NCBI GenBank assembly: GCA_951406725.2
Contig: OX597827.1
Location: 65,906,001-65,970,000 of the forward strand
Length of the DNA: 64,000 nt
Direction: 5' to 3'
Source of the DNA: Octopus vulgaris
Taxonomy: Eukaryota
Made by a program: the position numbers and the translations under genes. Below, one piece after another: positions 28,056 to 43,512 of the stretch. The notes under the pieces were generated by a model. The model was not told the DNA's origin. It saw nothing but the letters and a program-made list of their open reading frames with translations, and made no database searches. The number at the start of each line of letters is the position of its first letter. Positions within the stretch are counted from its first letter, which is position 1.

Positions 28056-28245
28056 AAGGCGATGTACTGACAGAATCGTTAGCACACCGGACAAAGTGTG
28101 TAGCGGCATTTCTTCCGAGTTTAAGCTTTGTGTTCAAAAGATCCGGAGGTCAAATTTGCCATCTTTCGGTGGTGTGATAAAATAAGTACCAGATGAGCAC
28201 TTGTGTCGATATAATCGACTTATACCTCCTCCACGAAATTGTTGC
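28056..28245 (+). mobile_element. Decayed SINE family B
   Basis: aaggcga...cagaatcgttagcacaccggac...gataaaataagtaccag...gtcgatataatcgact. Confidence 0.75.
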
Positions 28246-29162
28246 CAATATAGATTGAAGCCAATATCTATGGATGTTATGTTTACCATTCGGGGTGATA
28301 CGTATAGCTAATACGTGACAATGTATTCCTTCAAATGTACACAGAAATTATATCCCATCATATGCTTTATACACTGAAGAGGAATAAATGTAAGATTCAT
28401 GATTTCATGTAGTGAAAATAAATTCTATATTCTCTTCCACGAATGTAGAAGAATAAACCGCGTCTGTAATGTGCGAAGATATGTTTGCGAAAACTTCAAT
28501 CCTGTAAGTTCAATAACAGAATAGAACATATCCTATGAACCATGCTGCCAAATCAATGGAGAAGTAAATCCTTAAATCCTTAAAAATGTTTTAGCCCGAA
28601 GAAAACGGTATACATTTTTGTCAAGAAATTTACTATGAGTTTTATCTGACCGCAAGAAGATTGCCTCTCTAAGAAAGACCTCAAAACACTTTCAGTAAAT
28701 ATACTTGACTTCAGATAGTCTCCATGCAAATGTTTCGTTTTCCTGGAATGTTTAATCAGTGTGATTGCTCCTTCAACACTGTCACTTTCGTTAATTGCAA
28801 AAGCTATTCCCTCATTCTGAGAAAAGTGAATGGATACTGTATAATAACTTTGGATATGCTAATGTGAACATAGTTCTTTGATAGAGAAAATTGCATTTGT
28901 TGTGGCAAACTTCAATTATATTACCACTACAAAACCACACATTTAAGCATAATGTACATTTTGTTATCTTTGAATCACAAAACAAAAAAAGAAAAGGCTA
29001 GTCGAAGGTATTGGGAAAGAATTTTTCAGCATGTTGTGCACAAGAAATCAACTAATTCATTTGATCAAGGAGATTCAATTCGAACTAAAATGCACAACAA
29101 AACAAACAGTACTTGGCTACCGGAAACACAACCAATATTGTATATATAAGCATACATAATTA

Positions 29163-29379
29163 CGAGGAGTGCTGAAAAGTTCCTGGGTTTGAGTAAAAGA
29201 AAATAGAGGAGGACCAGTTAAATATGATTATATTAAGCATATTCTCCTCTCAAGTTCACACACTCATTTGTAGCGGTTTTTCTGTTTCTCTACGCCCTGT
29301 AAAAGAAAACGGTAGATTGGGCCTCCATCCAAGCGTTTCGCAATACCTTTACAGTCATGACCTTTCTGGCACAATCTTG
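29163..29379. mobile_element. Mariner-derived MITE/deleted element
   Basis: The left end ta|cgaggagtgctgaaaagttcctgg and the reverse complement of the right end ta|caagattgtgccagaaaggtcatga form degenerate TIRs with TA flanks. Confidence 0.55.
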
Positions 29380-29398
29380 TATGTATAAACACACACAC

Positions 29399-29479
<81 letters not shown>

Positions 29480-29839
29480 CATGTATGCATTCATACATAC
29501 GGGAAATGGTTCTTATGGTATGTCTATAGCACGTTCGCTAGTGTCCAGTTATTCAAACATATCAACACCAGATTTATAGGATCATACCGATTGTGCCGCT
29601 AAAACGTAAGATACATACAAAGATGATACTGTCTATCATTATTACTATATAAATGTGAATATATATACATATGTATGTGTATACACACATATATCTATAT
29701 ATCTATATGTGTGTGTATATATATATATCTCTCTCTATATATGTATATGTATATATACATATATATATAAATGTGTATATATATACATACATACATATGT
29801 GTTGTGTGTATATATAGATATATACATTCATAAATTTAT

Positions 29840-29934
<95 letters not shown>

Positions 29935-30539
29935 CATATGTATATATATATTTATCTACATACATATATATATACATACATACATATATAAATAAATATA
30001 TACATACTTACACACTCACACACACACAAACATATATATATATATATATATATATACAAAACATTATGTACCTCAAATGTACCTTGGACACTTCCATGTA
30101 TGAAGAGTTATAATTAGTGAATCTTTTTAAATCCAAGTACGCATAAATATTACTTGATGTCATAAGACATTCTAAAATATTGTTAAAGCGTTTACAGATT
30201 AAAATTGTAGAAAAACGGAAAATACTTATCGGATGACGTGATATTTACCAAATGATGTGACTCGTACCGATATATACATGTTCAGTATTGTACAACGTAT
30301 TAGTCAGATCGAGGATGGAGCCTAGTGTACGGTGACTGTATAGGGCATTTGAAATTAAAGAAGATCATAGGATGATTGATGAACTGTGGGACGTAAAAGA
30401 AATGTGAAGGATATTGTAAAGCTCATTTGAGATTTCCTTGGTAACCTAACAAACAAATACGGGATGGTAAAGGAGCAACAAAGAGCATTTGGGATTTGAA
30501 TAAAGTTAAATAATCCAACAGGCACAAATATATACACGT

Positions 30540-30558
30540 CAATCAATCAATCTATCTA

Positions 30559-30635
<77 letters not shown>

Positions 30636-30849
30636 ATATATATATCTAACCGTCTGTCTGTATATCTATTTATCTATCTATATCTGACTGTCTGTCCGTC
30701 TATCTATCTATCTATATATCTGTCTGTCTGTCTGTCTATTTATCTATCTATCTATCTAACCGTCTGTCTGTATATCTATTTATCTATCTATATCTGACTG
30801 TCTGTCTGTCTATGAATCTATATATATATATATATATATATCCGTCTGG

Positions 30850-30901
<52 letters not shown>

Positions 30902-30918
30902 ATATATATATATATATA

Positions 30919-30970
<52 letters not shown>

Positions 30971-31005
30971 GATCAATCGATCTATCTATCTCTCTGTCTG
31001 TCTCT
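30540..31005. repeat. (TCTA)n/(TCTG)n compound microsatellite with a 110-bp higher-order repeat
   Basis: tatctaaccgtctgtctgtatatctatttatctatctatatctgactgtctgtc occurs at ~30643 and ~30753. Confidence 0.9.
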
Positions 31006-32149
31006 AACTATTTACGTAGACTCGCATATACAAAAGTCACATATACACACTTGCATATACGAAATTTTGCACATACATAAATATATAGACATATACATAA
31101 TGGACAATTTTGAGAGAGTGAAAAACAGAGAATACCGTAGTGTTAATATAACGTTACCCATCATAGTTTTATTAAAGCTGCATCGTAAGAAGTGAAACAC
31201 TGAACGCAAACGAAGTGTACAGTGCTAATGTTTAAATACATTTCCATTAAGATATAAGTTTCGTATCTAGCAAGCAATTTAATCCTGTGTTTCTGTTATT
31301 CCTACGAGAGCAAGTCTTATCACTGTTATCCAGCAGTAAGTTAATATTACTAGAGACATTAAGATATGTACTGGGAATTATGGTATATTAATATGGAGAT
31401 TAGGTAGGTAGGTGAAGTGAAACATCGTGATTTCAAATAGTCCCAGGACGGGTTTATAAAATTTTAGAGGAAGATGTACGTATAGGTGGTCAACTAGATA
31501 CAAAGATAAACGGAAATATTCATGAACAAATGAAGAAAATATCAGTTAAAACACATGATTAAACATATTTTATTTGTAATCATAATACAACAGAGTGTAT
31601 ATACATATACATATATATATAATATAATATTAATAAAATGACAACGTACATGCATCATATATATATATATATACATACACATACATACCTATATGCATAT
31701 ATATATATATATACATACACATACATACAAATATATATGCATATATATGTATTTATGTAGGTAGGTTTGTAGATTGGTATGTATATAAAACTTACGCACA
31801 TTATTTAGATTTAGCAGAAAGAGGTATTTACAGTAAAACTATAAGGTCTTTTGGGCCAGGGATTTTTCAAGGAATAATCTCCGCCGACGACTACATTAGA
31901 GTGGTTCCTCTAAGCTACGGCTGAAAATGCCAAATTATATTTCACTATATCTAACTGCGAGAATCTGGTCTACGATCTCTCATCAAATCCTGACATTCTA
32001 CCGATGTTCTATGACAAACTGCGTCTTCTAAATTAATATGAACATAATTCCTGTATTAATGCCAATATCTGTGTGAGAAATTAAATTTACTAATTAGTAA
32101 ATGGTAAATAAACATACACATGTGTATATATATATATATATATGTATAT

Positions 32150-32210
<61 letters not shown>

Positions 32211-32230
32211 TGTATATATCTATACATATA

Positions 32231-32461
32231 CAGTGGGGGGAAATACATATTCGTACATGTCAAAATTCTTTATTTATTTAATTTCTAATGAACATAAATG
32301 GGATATACCAATACAATATTTGCATACACATGCATAAACTAAGAATATGCAAAAGAAACTAATAAATTATAGTAACTAAGGTATTTATAGTAACTAAGGT
32401 ATTTATATACAATTATAAATAAAGAATTTTGACATGTACGAACATTTATTTCCCCCCACTG
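32231..32461. mobile_element. Tc1-type MITE (231 bp)
   Basis: TIRs of ~45 bp (cagtggggggaaatacatattcgtacatgtcaaaattctttattta / taaataaagaattttgacatgtacgaacatttatttccccccactg) with TA on both sides. A CAGTG terminus is typical of Tc1-like elements. Confidence 0.88.
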
Positions 32462-33724
32462 TATATGTTCACTGACAAGACTTCACAAAAGTGATACAGC
32501 ACGAAGTTTTGTCAGTGACAACGCCCCCCCCGCCACACACACACGCACATATACATTCATTGCCTTTCATTTGCATGTATGTGTATCTATGTATTTGCTC
32601 CAGTGGGTATTAGTGTATGTGTGCGTCACTGTAGAATTTGTTCGTGCAAGTTGTTTGTGTATATATTGACGTAGTGGTATCGAATGTTTCGAAATTGTGA
32701 ATAAGGTGCAAGTTTCGAGTACTTGTCGGTAACTATTTTTTCTCGTCATATTCTAATAGTAATTATCCAACTTTCAAGGCTCGTCTCACAGCTATCATGC
32801 GTTGAAAAATTATACTGGTATATTAAAAATGTTCATTCAGTAAACAATGTTTTTACATTACGTATATATTAATAAAATAAGCAATCAGTTTTCCAAATAT
32901 CGAATTAAAACATACCAGACAAATTCCGAAACTTTACAAATGAAAATGGAATACTCTCCAGTGAATGCAATGAATATTTAAATTTGTGAATAATTGGATG
33001 CAGTGAAAGAAATGAATATTTAAATTTGCGAGAAATTGGAGTTAAAAAATTCAATAAACTTGAGAATTCGAAATTATACGAAATTCCTTAGAACATGAAT
33101 TTATAAAAACAAATTTCGAGATGTTCAACGTTTTAATGATTGCTTTCTTTTAGTACTTTTTTGTAATTATTACATACCTAATTAATAAGCAGGTTTCTTC
33201 ATTATTCTATAGATGTATGTCCTGGAGAAGACATTACACTACATCCGTTTGTGCATCTCTGTTTCAGTGTTTCAGTGTTTTCAAGAGTGTGGAACCATCT
33301 CTTTGACTCTATTGTCCCCAGGTCCACTCTGCCTCTGATTCGTGCCAGTGTCTCAGGTATGGGTTAAAAAACATACGAGCGATGTGATGTAGAAACACTC
33401 AGGATCGCGCTTGATTGTGCAGAAAGCCCACACGAAGTGAAGGAACGATGGTCTTTTTTAAGGCATCTCTCTAGGAGAAAGCTCACTCGTATATTAAACA
33501 GCTGCCACATTGAGCCAAATATTTGGACTTTGCTTGTCTCTTGCTTCTTGGTATTGCTGTTAAGAGTCGTTAAGAAGCTGTGCAAGGCGCTTTAGCACCA
33601 TCATTGCTGGTATTTAGTTTGAGCAAAAGTGATGATCGTTTTCATTATGTATGTATTTATAAATAAATATGCCGTCAATCGGAATAGATACATTGAACAA
33701 ATATAGAATGATTTATAGTACTGA

Positions 33725-34140
33725 CCTCAAATTTTGGCAAAAAGCCCCAACAATTTCGGGGTAAAGAGTATGTCGATAACATCAACCTCAGGGCTCAACT
33801 GCTATATATTTCATCGAACCCCCAAAATGATGAAATGAAAATTCAACCATAACGGAATTTGATCTCAGAACTTTGAAACGCCGTTAATCACCTTGCCAGT
33901 CGCAGTAACGATACTGTCAGTTCACCGCTTAGATATATATAAATGTGGCATCAAATTTTGGCCCCATGCCAGACATTTCCTGTGGTAAGGATAAGCAAGT
34001 TACATCAACCCCAATACTTAAATGGTCCACATTTTATTATTTCCTCGCGCACGAATGGATGAAATGTAAATTTAGCCCCGGTGGACTTCGAACTCAGAAT
34101 GCCACGGCAATCGAATGCCAATCTACATTTTACCTGGCAG
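33725..34140 (-). mobile_element. Two decayed tandem SINE B copies
   Basis: Reverse-strand remnants such as ggaatttgatctcagaac and tcgaactcagaatg, each with a type 2 tail. Confidence 0.6.
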
Positions 34141-34248
34141 GGAGATGACCCGGCCACTTCGACACCTTGGAATGTTATATAGTATTTTTTTGAATGGATG
34201 GCTAATGATCTACGTGTTTCAGTATTTGAGTCCGAAACTTTCATGTAC

Positions 34249-34405
34249 GTGGTTGTGTGGTAAGTAGCTTGCTTACCAACCAATATGGTTCCGGGTTCAG
34301 TCACACTGCGTGGCAACTTGGGCAAGTGTCTTCTACTATACCTTCGGGCCGACCAAAGCCTTGTGAGTGGATTTGATTAACGGAAACTGAAGGAAGCCCC
34401 TTGTA

Positions 34406-34436
<31 letters not shown>

Positions 34437-34676
34437 CTGTATGTGTATGTGTATATGTTTGAATGTTTGTTTGTCTCGCCAACATCGCTTGACAACAGGT
34501 GCTGGTTTGTTGACATCCCCGTAAATTAGCGGTTCGGCAAAAGAATCCGATAGAATAAGTACTAGGCTTACAAAAAATAAGTCCCGGGAGTCGATTTGCT
34601 CGTCTAAAGACTGTGCTCCAGCAGGGCCACAGCCACAGCCAAATGACTGAAACAAGTAAAAGAGTAAAGAGTAAGA
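34249..34676 (+). mobile_element. SINE family A, near full length, between 40-bp direct repeats
   Basis: Aligns to 8617-9022 from the A box onward. Flanks 34209-34248 and 34685-34724 match at 35/40 positions. Confidence 0.9.
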
Positions 34677-35329
34677 GGCAAGTTTCTACGTGTTTCAGTA
34701 TATAAACCCGAAACTTACATGTACATAAATACGATATAACTTTAAATGTTTCTCATTCTACGCACTTGATTCCTTAACTGACACAGATTTCGAAACCATT
34801 GTTAATAGTTACTTCTTACTGGACATCTAATCACCAAAACAGCACGAACATGAGGAGACGACGAAGCATCTAATCACTTGATGGTCTTCTAATATTACCA
34901 CCCAAAACATCCCTCAATTAATGTATTCTACTGCACTAAAGCAGGAAGTAAACAGTGGGGAATATCGTCTGAGATGTAGTAAAAAGATTGGATGTTCGTG
35001 ACTGGAATTCCTTTGATGATAAGAATTCTTTTGATCATTAGTCTGGTTGACCTTGAGACTCAACAACAACAATATTTACACTAGCCTTTCGAACAATCAA
35101 TATTTCATCCACAATAGAAAGAAATCTTAATATAGTCCGTTGCTGGACATTTTCCGTTTTAACTTCATCTTTGTCTGTTTGTATCGTTCGTCGTATACAC
35201 GTGGTTCAATATTATTCTATATAGTAAGTGGTTTAAAGCTATGTTTCCATTCATTAGCAACCGCTCCTAATGAATGGGTTTGTTTGGACTGTAAAGAAAC
35301 ATATCTTCAAGCAGTATTAACAAACGTTA

Positions 35330-35905
35330 CTGCTATAGGCCCCAAGGCGTTAAATATATTAGGGACGGGATTAATTAATTGATCGACCCCGAAAGGATGA
35401 AAAGCAAACTTGATCTCAATGGAATTTGAACTCGGAACGTGGAGACGGAGCAAATGCCACTAAGCATTTTGCCTGGTGTATAGTCCGTACTAATAATATT
35501 ATACAGGCAAATATCTGAAATTTCGGGTTGGTGTTTTTAATGGATTAATTCATGCTTAGTTTCAGTCGTTTGAGTTGTTCATTATTTTATTCACCTAGAA
35601 TTATGAAATATAACTTTAAGACGATACGGATCTAGAACGGAAAAGGCCGCAATAAATATCACAATTCATATGTTCACACACTCTAGTATTCTTTTCTTCA
35701 CTAGGGACAAGGACAGAAATTTGGTGGGGGAGAGATCCAGTCGATGAGATCGAGCTCGGTACGCAACTGGTACTTAATTTATCGACTCCGAAAGAAGGAA
35801 AAACAAAGTCGACCTCGGCAGAATTTGAACTCAGGACATAAAGATGGACGAAATACCGCGAAGCTTTTCGCCCGGTGTACTAACGTTTCTGCCAGCTCGC
35901 CACCT
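35330..35905 (-). mobile_element. SINE B copies (one well preserved at 35690-35905, decayed ones to its left)
   Basis: The reverse complement gives aaggtggcgagctggcagaaacgttag...gagttcaaattctgccgaggtcgac. Confidence 0.8.
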
Positions 35906-35968
35906 TCACACATCTGGTACTGGTACTGCATCAGGGCATACCCACCCCCTGGTACTGCATTATTACTG

Positions 35969-36035
<67 letters not shown>

Positions 36036-36046
36036 CATCATCATCA

Positions 36047-36084
<38 letters not shown>

Positions 36085-36119
36085 GTTATTATTATTGTTG
36101 TTGTTATTATTATTATTCT

Positions 36120-37086
<967 letters not shown>

Positions 37087-37090
37087 TTAT

Positions 37091-37139
<49 letters not shown>

Positions 37140-38069
37140 CATTTTGTCTCAACGCATGCATTCGAACGTACATGATCTTTTTAATATATCAAATATATAT
37201 TTGCTCCACCAGTCTCCAACTTACTTTAGTTACACAGATGTACTTTTATAAGGGCTTGTGTGGATTTCGATTTTTTTTTTGTCTCTCATATTTGTTTTGT
37301 ATATAACGGAGTGCACACGTCTATCTCTGCGAGACGGCTCTATGTAATTGTTGTTTTTGTTTTTTTTTCATGTAGTCATTGTCGCCTATTTTTAACTCCA
37401 AAGTGATTTTTTACAAAAAGAAACAACGAAAAAATCTCTTAGTAGCCATTGTATTACAAAGTCAATATTAAACACGTGGCGCCGAACAGTGATGACGTCA
37501 AATTGAAGATAATAATTGCACACAAATCCGCAGTGCAACATCTGTTGAATTGCTGGAGATGGCTTTGCGAACTATGAGCAATAGATAGTATTTATTTTAG
37601 ATGAAGATTAACATAAACAAATGGAGACAGACAGAATAAGGAAAGAATTCACCAAATAACGATTACGATAAATAATTGATGAATACACACATATATAACA
37701 AAGGCATAGATGTGATAAACAATTATATGGACCAACACGTACAAACACATACACATATAAACACAGACACGAACAAACACACATATATGTATATATGCCT
37801 GCATGTATGTATGTATGTATGTATGTATATATTAAATATGCTTGTATGTCAGTGTATGCTTGAAATATGTCTGTATGTAATTATAGAAAAGTGAGATTAG
37901 AAAACTTATATTTTATTTATAAATGAACAGGCACCACATTGAATCTAGAGCCTGGAGTTGCGATGAAGGTAACCTATTGTGTATTAATATACGCATAGAC
38001 ATACTGTACATACATTTATTTAACTATTTATTTATAATATGTATTATATATTTATTCATGTACATATAT

Positions 38070-38432
38070 ATTGGGTCATCTCATAAATATTGAATTTTTT
38101 TATACCTCTTTCAATTTTCAAAATTAACATAAACGAAGTTCGTGTTTAATCTAAAATATACTGTACTTCATTTTCTACCATGCTCTTCTATCTATCTAGT
38201 AGACTTGCGAGTTCCCTCTTTCAACATGCTCTTATCCATGACTAAAAATACTCCTCCATTACTGTTGTCCAAATGATTTTGAAGGCTGCAGAATAAATGA
38301 TAATCAGATAGGACAATGCCCGGCGAATATGGTGAGTTGGGCATCGTTTCTCATTCAACTTGCTCCAGCATTTCGTATGCCATCATTCTCGTTGTATGTG
38401 GCTGAGCATTATCCTGATGGAAGAACACCTTT
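38070..38432 (-). mobile_element. Mariner transposase C-terminal remnant
   Basis: The minus strand reads KVFFHQDNAQPHTTRMMAYEMLEQVE*ETMPNSPYSPGIVLSDYHLFCSLQNHL, matching the mariner H(Q)DNA.PH and PYSPDLAPSDYHLF catalytic motifs. Confidence 0.85.
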
Positions 38433-38442
38433 CATCTGGAAG

Positions 38443-38725
38443 CCTTTTTTGCCGAACCGCTAGATTACGGGGAGGTAAATACACCAACCATCGTCGTCAA
38501 GCGATGGCGGGTGGACAAACAAAGACACACAAAACAAACTCATACAGACACATATACATAAAAGACAGGCTTCTTTCAGTTTCCGTCTCCCAAATCCACT
38601 CACAACGCTTTGGTCGGCCCACGGCTATAGTAGAAGACACTTACCAAAAGTGCTACGCAGTGGGACTGAATTCAGAACAATGAGGATGGTAAGCAAGCTA
38701 CTTACCACCTAGCCACTCCTGCGCC
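38443..38725 (-). mobile_element. SINE family A lacking its 3' tail, abutting the mariner remnant
   Basis: The reverse complement begins ggcgcaggagtggctaggtggtaagtagcttgc. Confidence 0.85.
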
Positions 38726-38919
38726 TATATAGTTTATATATATATAATTTTATATTATATTATATTATATCATATTATATTATATTATATTATATTATAT
38801 TATATTATATTATATTATATTATATATATATACAATATTTTCTCTTTTTACTTGTTTCATGGCCGTACGCAAATGGCTGAAACAAATAAATGAATAAAAA
38901 AAGAAGAAAAGAATACATT

Positions 38920-39525
38920 ATTTCTTTCCTAGGCACAAGGCCCGAAATTTTTATGGAGGGGGACCAGTCGATTAGATCGATCCAAGTATGCAACTGGTTC
39001 GTAATTTATCGACACCAAAAGGGTGAAAGGCAAAGCCGACCCCGGCGTAATTTGAACTCAAAACGTAAAGACATACGAAGCTACCGTTTCTGCCAGTTTT
39101 CCGCCTTGATAAAATAATATATATTTCTTTACTACCCACAAGGGGCTAAACACAGAGGGGACAAACAAGGACAGACAAAGGGATTAAGTCGATTACATCG
39201 ACCCCAGTATGCAACTGGTTCGTAATTTATCGACACCAAAAGGGTGAAAGGCAAGGCCGACCCCGGCGTAATTTGAACTCAAAACGTAAAGACATACGAA
39301 GCTACCGTTTCTGCCAGTTTTCCGCCTTGATAAAATAATATATTATTTTCTACTCTAGGCACAAAGCCCGAAATTTCTGAGGAGGGAGGGCAGTTGATTA
39401 GATCGTTTTCTGTATGCAACTGGCATTTTGTTTTCTCGACCCCAAAGGATGAAAGGCAAAATCTATCTCACCGGAATTTGAACTAAGATTGTGAGCACCG
39501 ACGAAATTCTGCTAAGCATTTCGAC
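38920..39525 (-). mobile_element. Three tandem SINE B copies, two sharing a duplicated 138-bp head
   Basis: 38985-39122 and 39206-39343 differ at 1 position; their tails differ (type 2 vs type 1). Confidence 0.85.
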
Positions 39526-40041
39526 CACAATCTTAGTAAGAGAATATATTGAAATGCGAATGCAGAAATCTCCGTAATCACCGCAAAGCATTTTCTGCAA
39601 AGATCTGCTGATTTCATCATTCAGAAAAAAAAATTCATGCAAAATGTATTGCATTTTGAATTCGATGTGAATTTGCGTTTTCAACATAATTTCCATGGGA
39701 AGATTATTTAATCAAAATTTGAAATTGGAAAAGCGGAATAAAGCAAAATTCAGTTGAAATCAAAAAAAAAAAAAAAATTCAAGCGAATATAATTTGATAA
39801 GATCGAAATTGGGTATTAAAATATGCCTATCGATTTAACCTTTGCATACCGTAAACTTTACTGCGGCTTGTATAAATTTTCTTATAGCAAGATTCTATTA
39901 AACATTGGACGTATCAGTATCTTTGTATGTGTATCAGTGTGTCCTTTAGCGCGTGTGTATGTATTTTTGCGCAGGTACACAGACACACATGTACACATGC
40001 ACACGCATATATATAATTGTAAGTATGTATGTATATATGTG

Positions 40042-40092
<51 letters not shown>

Positions 40093-40159
40093 TACATGTA
40101 TATGAATATAGACATACATATATATATACATATATATACATGCATATATATATATATAC

Positions 40160-40205
<46 letters not shown>

Positions 40206-41120
40206 ATGTATATGTATGTATGCATAGATAGATAGATACATTGATAGATAGATAGATAGATAGAGAGATAGATAGATAGTATAATATTCTATATATTTCT
40301 CTGCAGTTGCAGTCTATGTTCAATTATCAATTCAGGCATCTTTTACGAACTAGCGGAATATCGTAAAATGATAAATACAAAGTAATACAAGAAATGCAAT
40401 ATTAATTAAATTACTAAACAAATAGCTTACCTGTTAATTAATATTGATCTAGTTATACTTCAAAGAAAGCAATCTGTGACACATTTGCCATGATAATAAA
40501 ACAACTAGCATTAATCACGAAGTTCTTTTCTATGTATACGTACGCCATAGAGAGAATTTTACGTACATTCAGTAAAGATAATTGTCGACGAATTGATCTA
40601 TCTTTTACGGACGTCGTAAATTCTACTATTGTACTTATTACTATTTACAATCAGCAGCAATGCGTGAAATTACGGTGCAATATTGATAAACGAGTGTTTC
40701 CGTTCCACAGTGTCACTTGTAGAAATAACTGATGAATATAACACCAGTTAGTTGGTCTCGCAAAATTTGCAAAAATATATATGATGACGATACAGATTCT
40801 TTGAGGAATGACTAAATGAACGGATTAATGGACGAATTGATAATGAAGGAATCTTTCAATAATAGTTTTGATTATATATGAATTATTGTGCCCGTATTGT
40901 CAAATTCTGATATAATTTTCGTTGTATTTACATTAACACGGCATTCATATCATATTTTCCTTGCGATAAATATCTTTCTCGGCACAAGCGAATTAATCAT
41001 CTTCTCCGCAACGTCTAAGTGCTCAGTTGGTCAAACAATTATATTGCACCAGATTCCTTACTTTTAAGCGCGTTATAAGTACATCTATATGAGTACACTC
41101 CACCGGATTTTCCAGAGATA

Positions 41121-41708
41121 CAGCGATTCCTCGTTTATCGCGGTACATTTGTTCCGGGACCGACTGTGATAACTGAATTTCCGCGAAGTAGGGACACCAA
41201 ATCTTTCAGTATTTATTTAACGTGTATTTGGACTTTTAAAACCCTCCCTGTATTATTAACAACCTACCCATTACAGTAGTCTATTATTAACAAGTACAAC
41301 TGTTAAGCAATAACACTTTAGATTTTTAAAAATATATAGATTGTTACTGTACACAAAACGAAAGAATTAGAAGTAAAATGTGAATGACGATGGTGATGAA
41401 TTTGCTACGATGGTGATAAATGGCCGCGAGAGAGAAAAAAGGGGAGATGCTGCGGAGCTGAACAACGGTCAAAGCACCAATCACAGGCAAGATTACAAAT
41501 TAGAAAGCTGTGATGCAAATATCACTGTATATGTTTTTTTTTGCTATTTTACGCTTGTTTTGTTGTTCCTAGACTAGGAAATTATATTTATTATTAATAT
41601 TTTAAAGGATTTAAGGAAAAAAATTTATGTTTTCATATATATATATTTTAAAAATCCGCGAAGTCAGGAATCCGCGATAATTGAACCACGACTAATGAGG
41701 GATAACTA
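41121..41708. mobile_element. pogo/Tigger-type MITE
   Basis: Degenerate TIRs ta|cagcgattcctcgtttatcgcgg and ccacgactaatgagggataacta|ta, with subterminal ccgcgaagt/ccgcgata repeats at both ends. Confidence 0.7.
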
Positions 41709-42453
41709 TATATTCCCTGGGAGCATAACAACTACATAAAAAGTTTCGGTTAAAAGAGCTGATATGGATTTTGTTTACTGTGAATGAGGTGCAGTGAAAT
41801 TTCATACATCTGTTTGTCAGTGTTCAGAAAATAATTATCATACATTAAAATTCATTTACACTTTGGCCCTTGTTGCATATGGGAGTTTTGAACATTTGGT
41901 TTTATAGCCACGAAGATTAAATTAATATATCGATTTCACATCGATTTTCTTAATACTCAATTATTTAACAGACAATTTAGTATATATGCATGTACTTACA
42001 CTTGATTGAATTAGAGGCGTCTACTTCTTTCGCATTTCAAGATTTAATTAATAGTTCAACAAATTACATACGAAAAGCTTTTATTCATCAAAATATTTTC
42101 CATTGTATCTTATTAATCGTTGCCAAAGTGAAGCCAGAAGCTAAAATTCACGCTTATGTCTTTGGTTTACCGACGCAAATCTCTCTACAACCATTTTTAA
42201 CATTATCCATTATACAACGATTTCCGCTCAGAATAAGCCTACATAAAAGTTGGATACAATGCAGTATATTTTTGCCAGTGCAGCGCTAAGATTCTGTTTC
42301 AGATTATAGGCACTCCTGCTTTATTTTCACTCAGTCGCTCCTTCTCTCCTTCTCTCCCCCTTTCTCTCTCTCTTTCGTTGTTGCTGCCTCTTTCATGCAC
42401 ACATACACAGGCATATATATATATATATATATCTATATCTATCTATCTATCTA

Positions 42454-42519
<66 letters not shown>

Positions 42520-43061
42520 TCTAAAATAAGAAACAAGTATTAGTATTGTTATTGCTGAGCACAGCGCTATATTCTACTTAAAATACAGTGCCTACACTTA
42601 GTCATAATATTTCAACGATTTTGCATTAGTACATTGTTTGATGTACCCGTTCGGGAACCACCCTGGTTTTTGAGGGGCAATTTTGGTGTTTGCCTTGTGG
42701 TGTCGTATTTATTATACATCTAAATGTCGACAGTGACATTTATTCTCTCAGCATTTATTCTCTCAGCAGAGAAAGTGATATGTAATAAGCTAAAAATTCG
42801 AAGGATTTCACCATCAGATAACACCGGTGTATGATTCAATAATTCTGTATTTTTATGTGCTGTTCTTCACCAATATATTAGGTCACGAAAGAAAGAAAAT
42901 ATTTAACTCAAACATTCTGTAAAACGACAAGATATCAAGTCGTTATAATAGTTTAACATATTTAGTCAAGTTGCTGCCCTGAGCCACATACACACATATA
43001 TATACATAACACATATGCACATAACTAAATATAAATGTACATAAACATATACATATAGCCG

Positions 43062-43139
<78 letters not shown>

Positions 43140-43140
<1 letters not shown>

Positions 43141-43390
43141 CGTTTCATATACTTTCATATCTTTTTATAAATATATATATATTATGTGGATGCGTGAAAC
43201 CAACCGGTTTTCATTGTGGGTGTTTTCACGACATCCACAAAATAAGTATATATTTATAAAAATATATTAAGCTATATGATACGAAGGCGTTTCTTTTCCA
43301 CTTTTTGTATATATTTTTTCTGTTTATTTTCAACTCATAATTTTTGCCACGTTGTGTATACTGAATCTTCAGTATCTTTAAACCTTGTAT
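43140..43390. mobile_element. Fold-back insert in (TA)n (putative PLE-type truncated insertion)
   Basis: ~60-bp imperfect inverted arms at 43140-43200 and 43222-43284, then unique sequence running to (TA)n. Confidence 0.55.
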
Positions 43391-43443
43391 ATATATCTAT
43401 ATACTTATCTATATATATATATATCTATATCTATCTATCTATA

Positions 43444-43506
<63 letters not shown>

Positions 43507-43512
<6 letters not shown>

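Noticed and set aside
28371-28410. taca-CTGAAGA-ggaat...attca...tgta hammerhead-like layout
   Set aside because: No GAAA box after stem II and no PLE-like context.
33200-33610. GC-richer stretch as a transposon or exon remnant
   Set aside because: I could not find a recognisable motif, termini or second copy.
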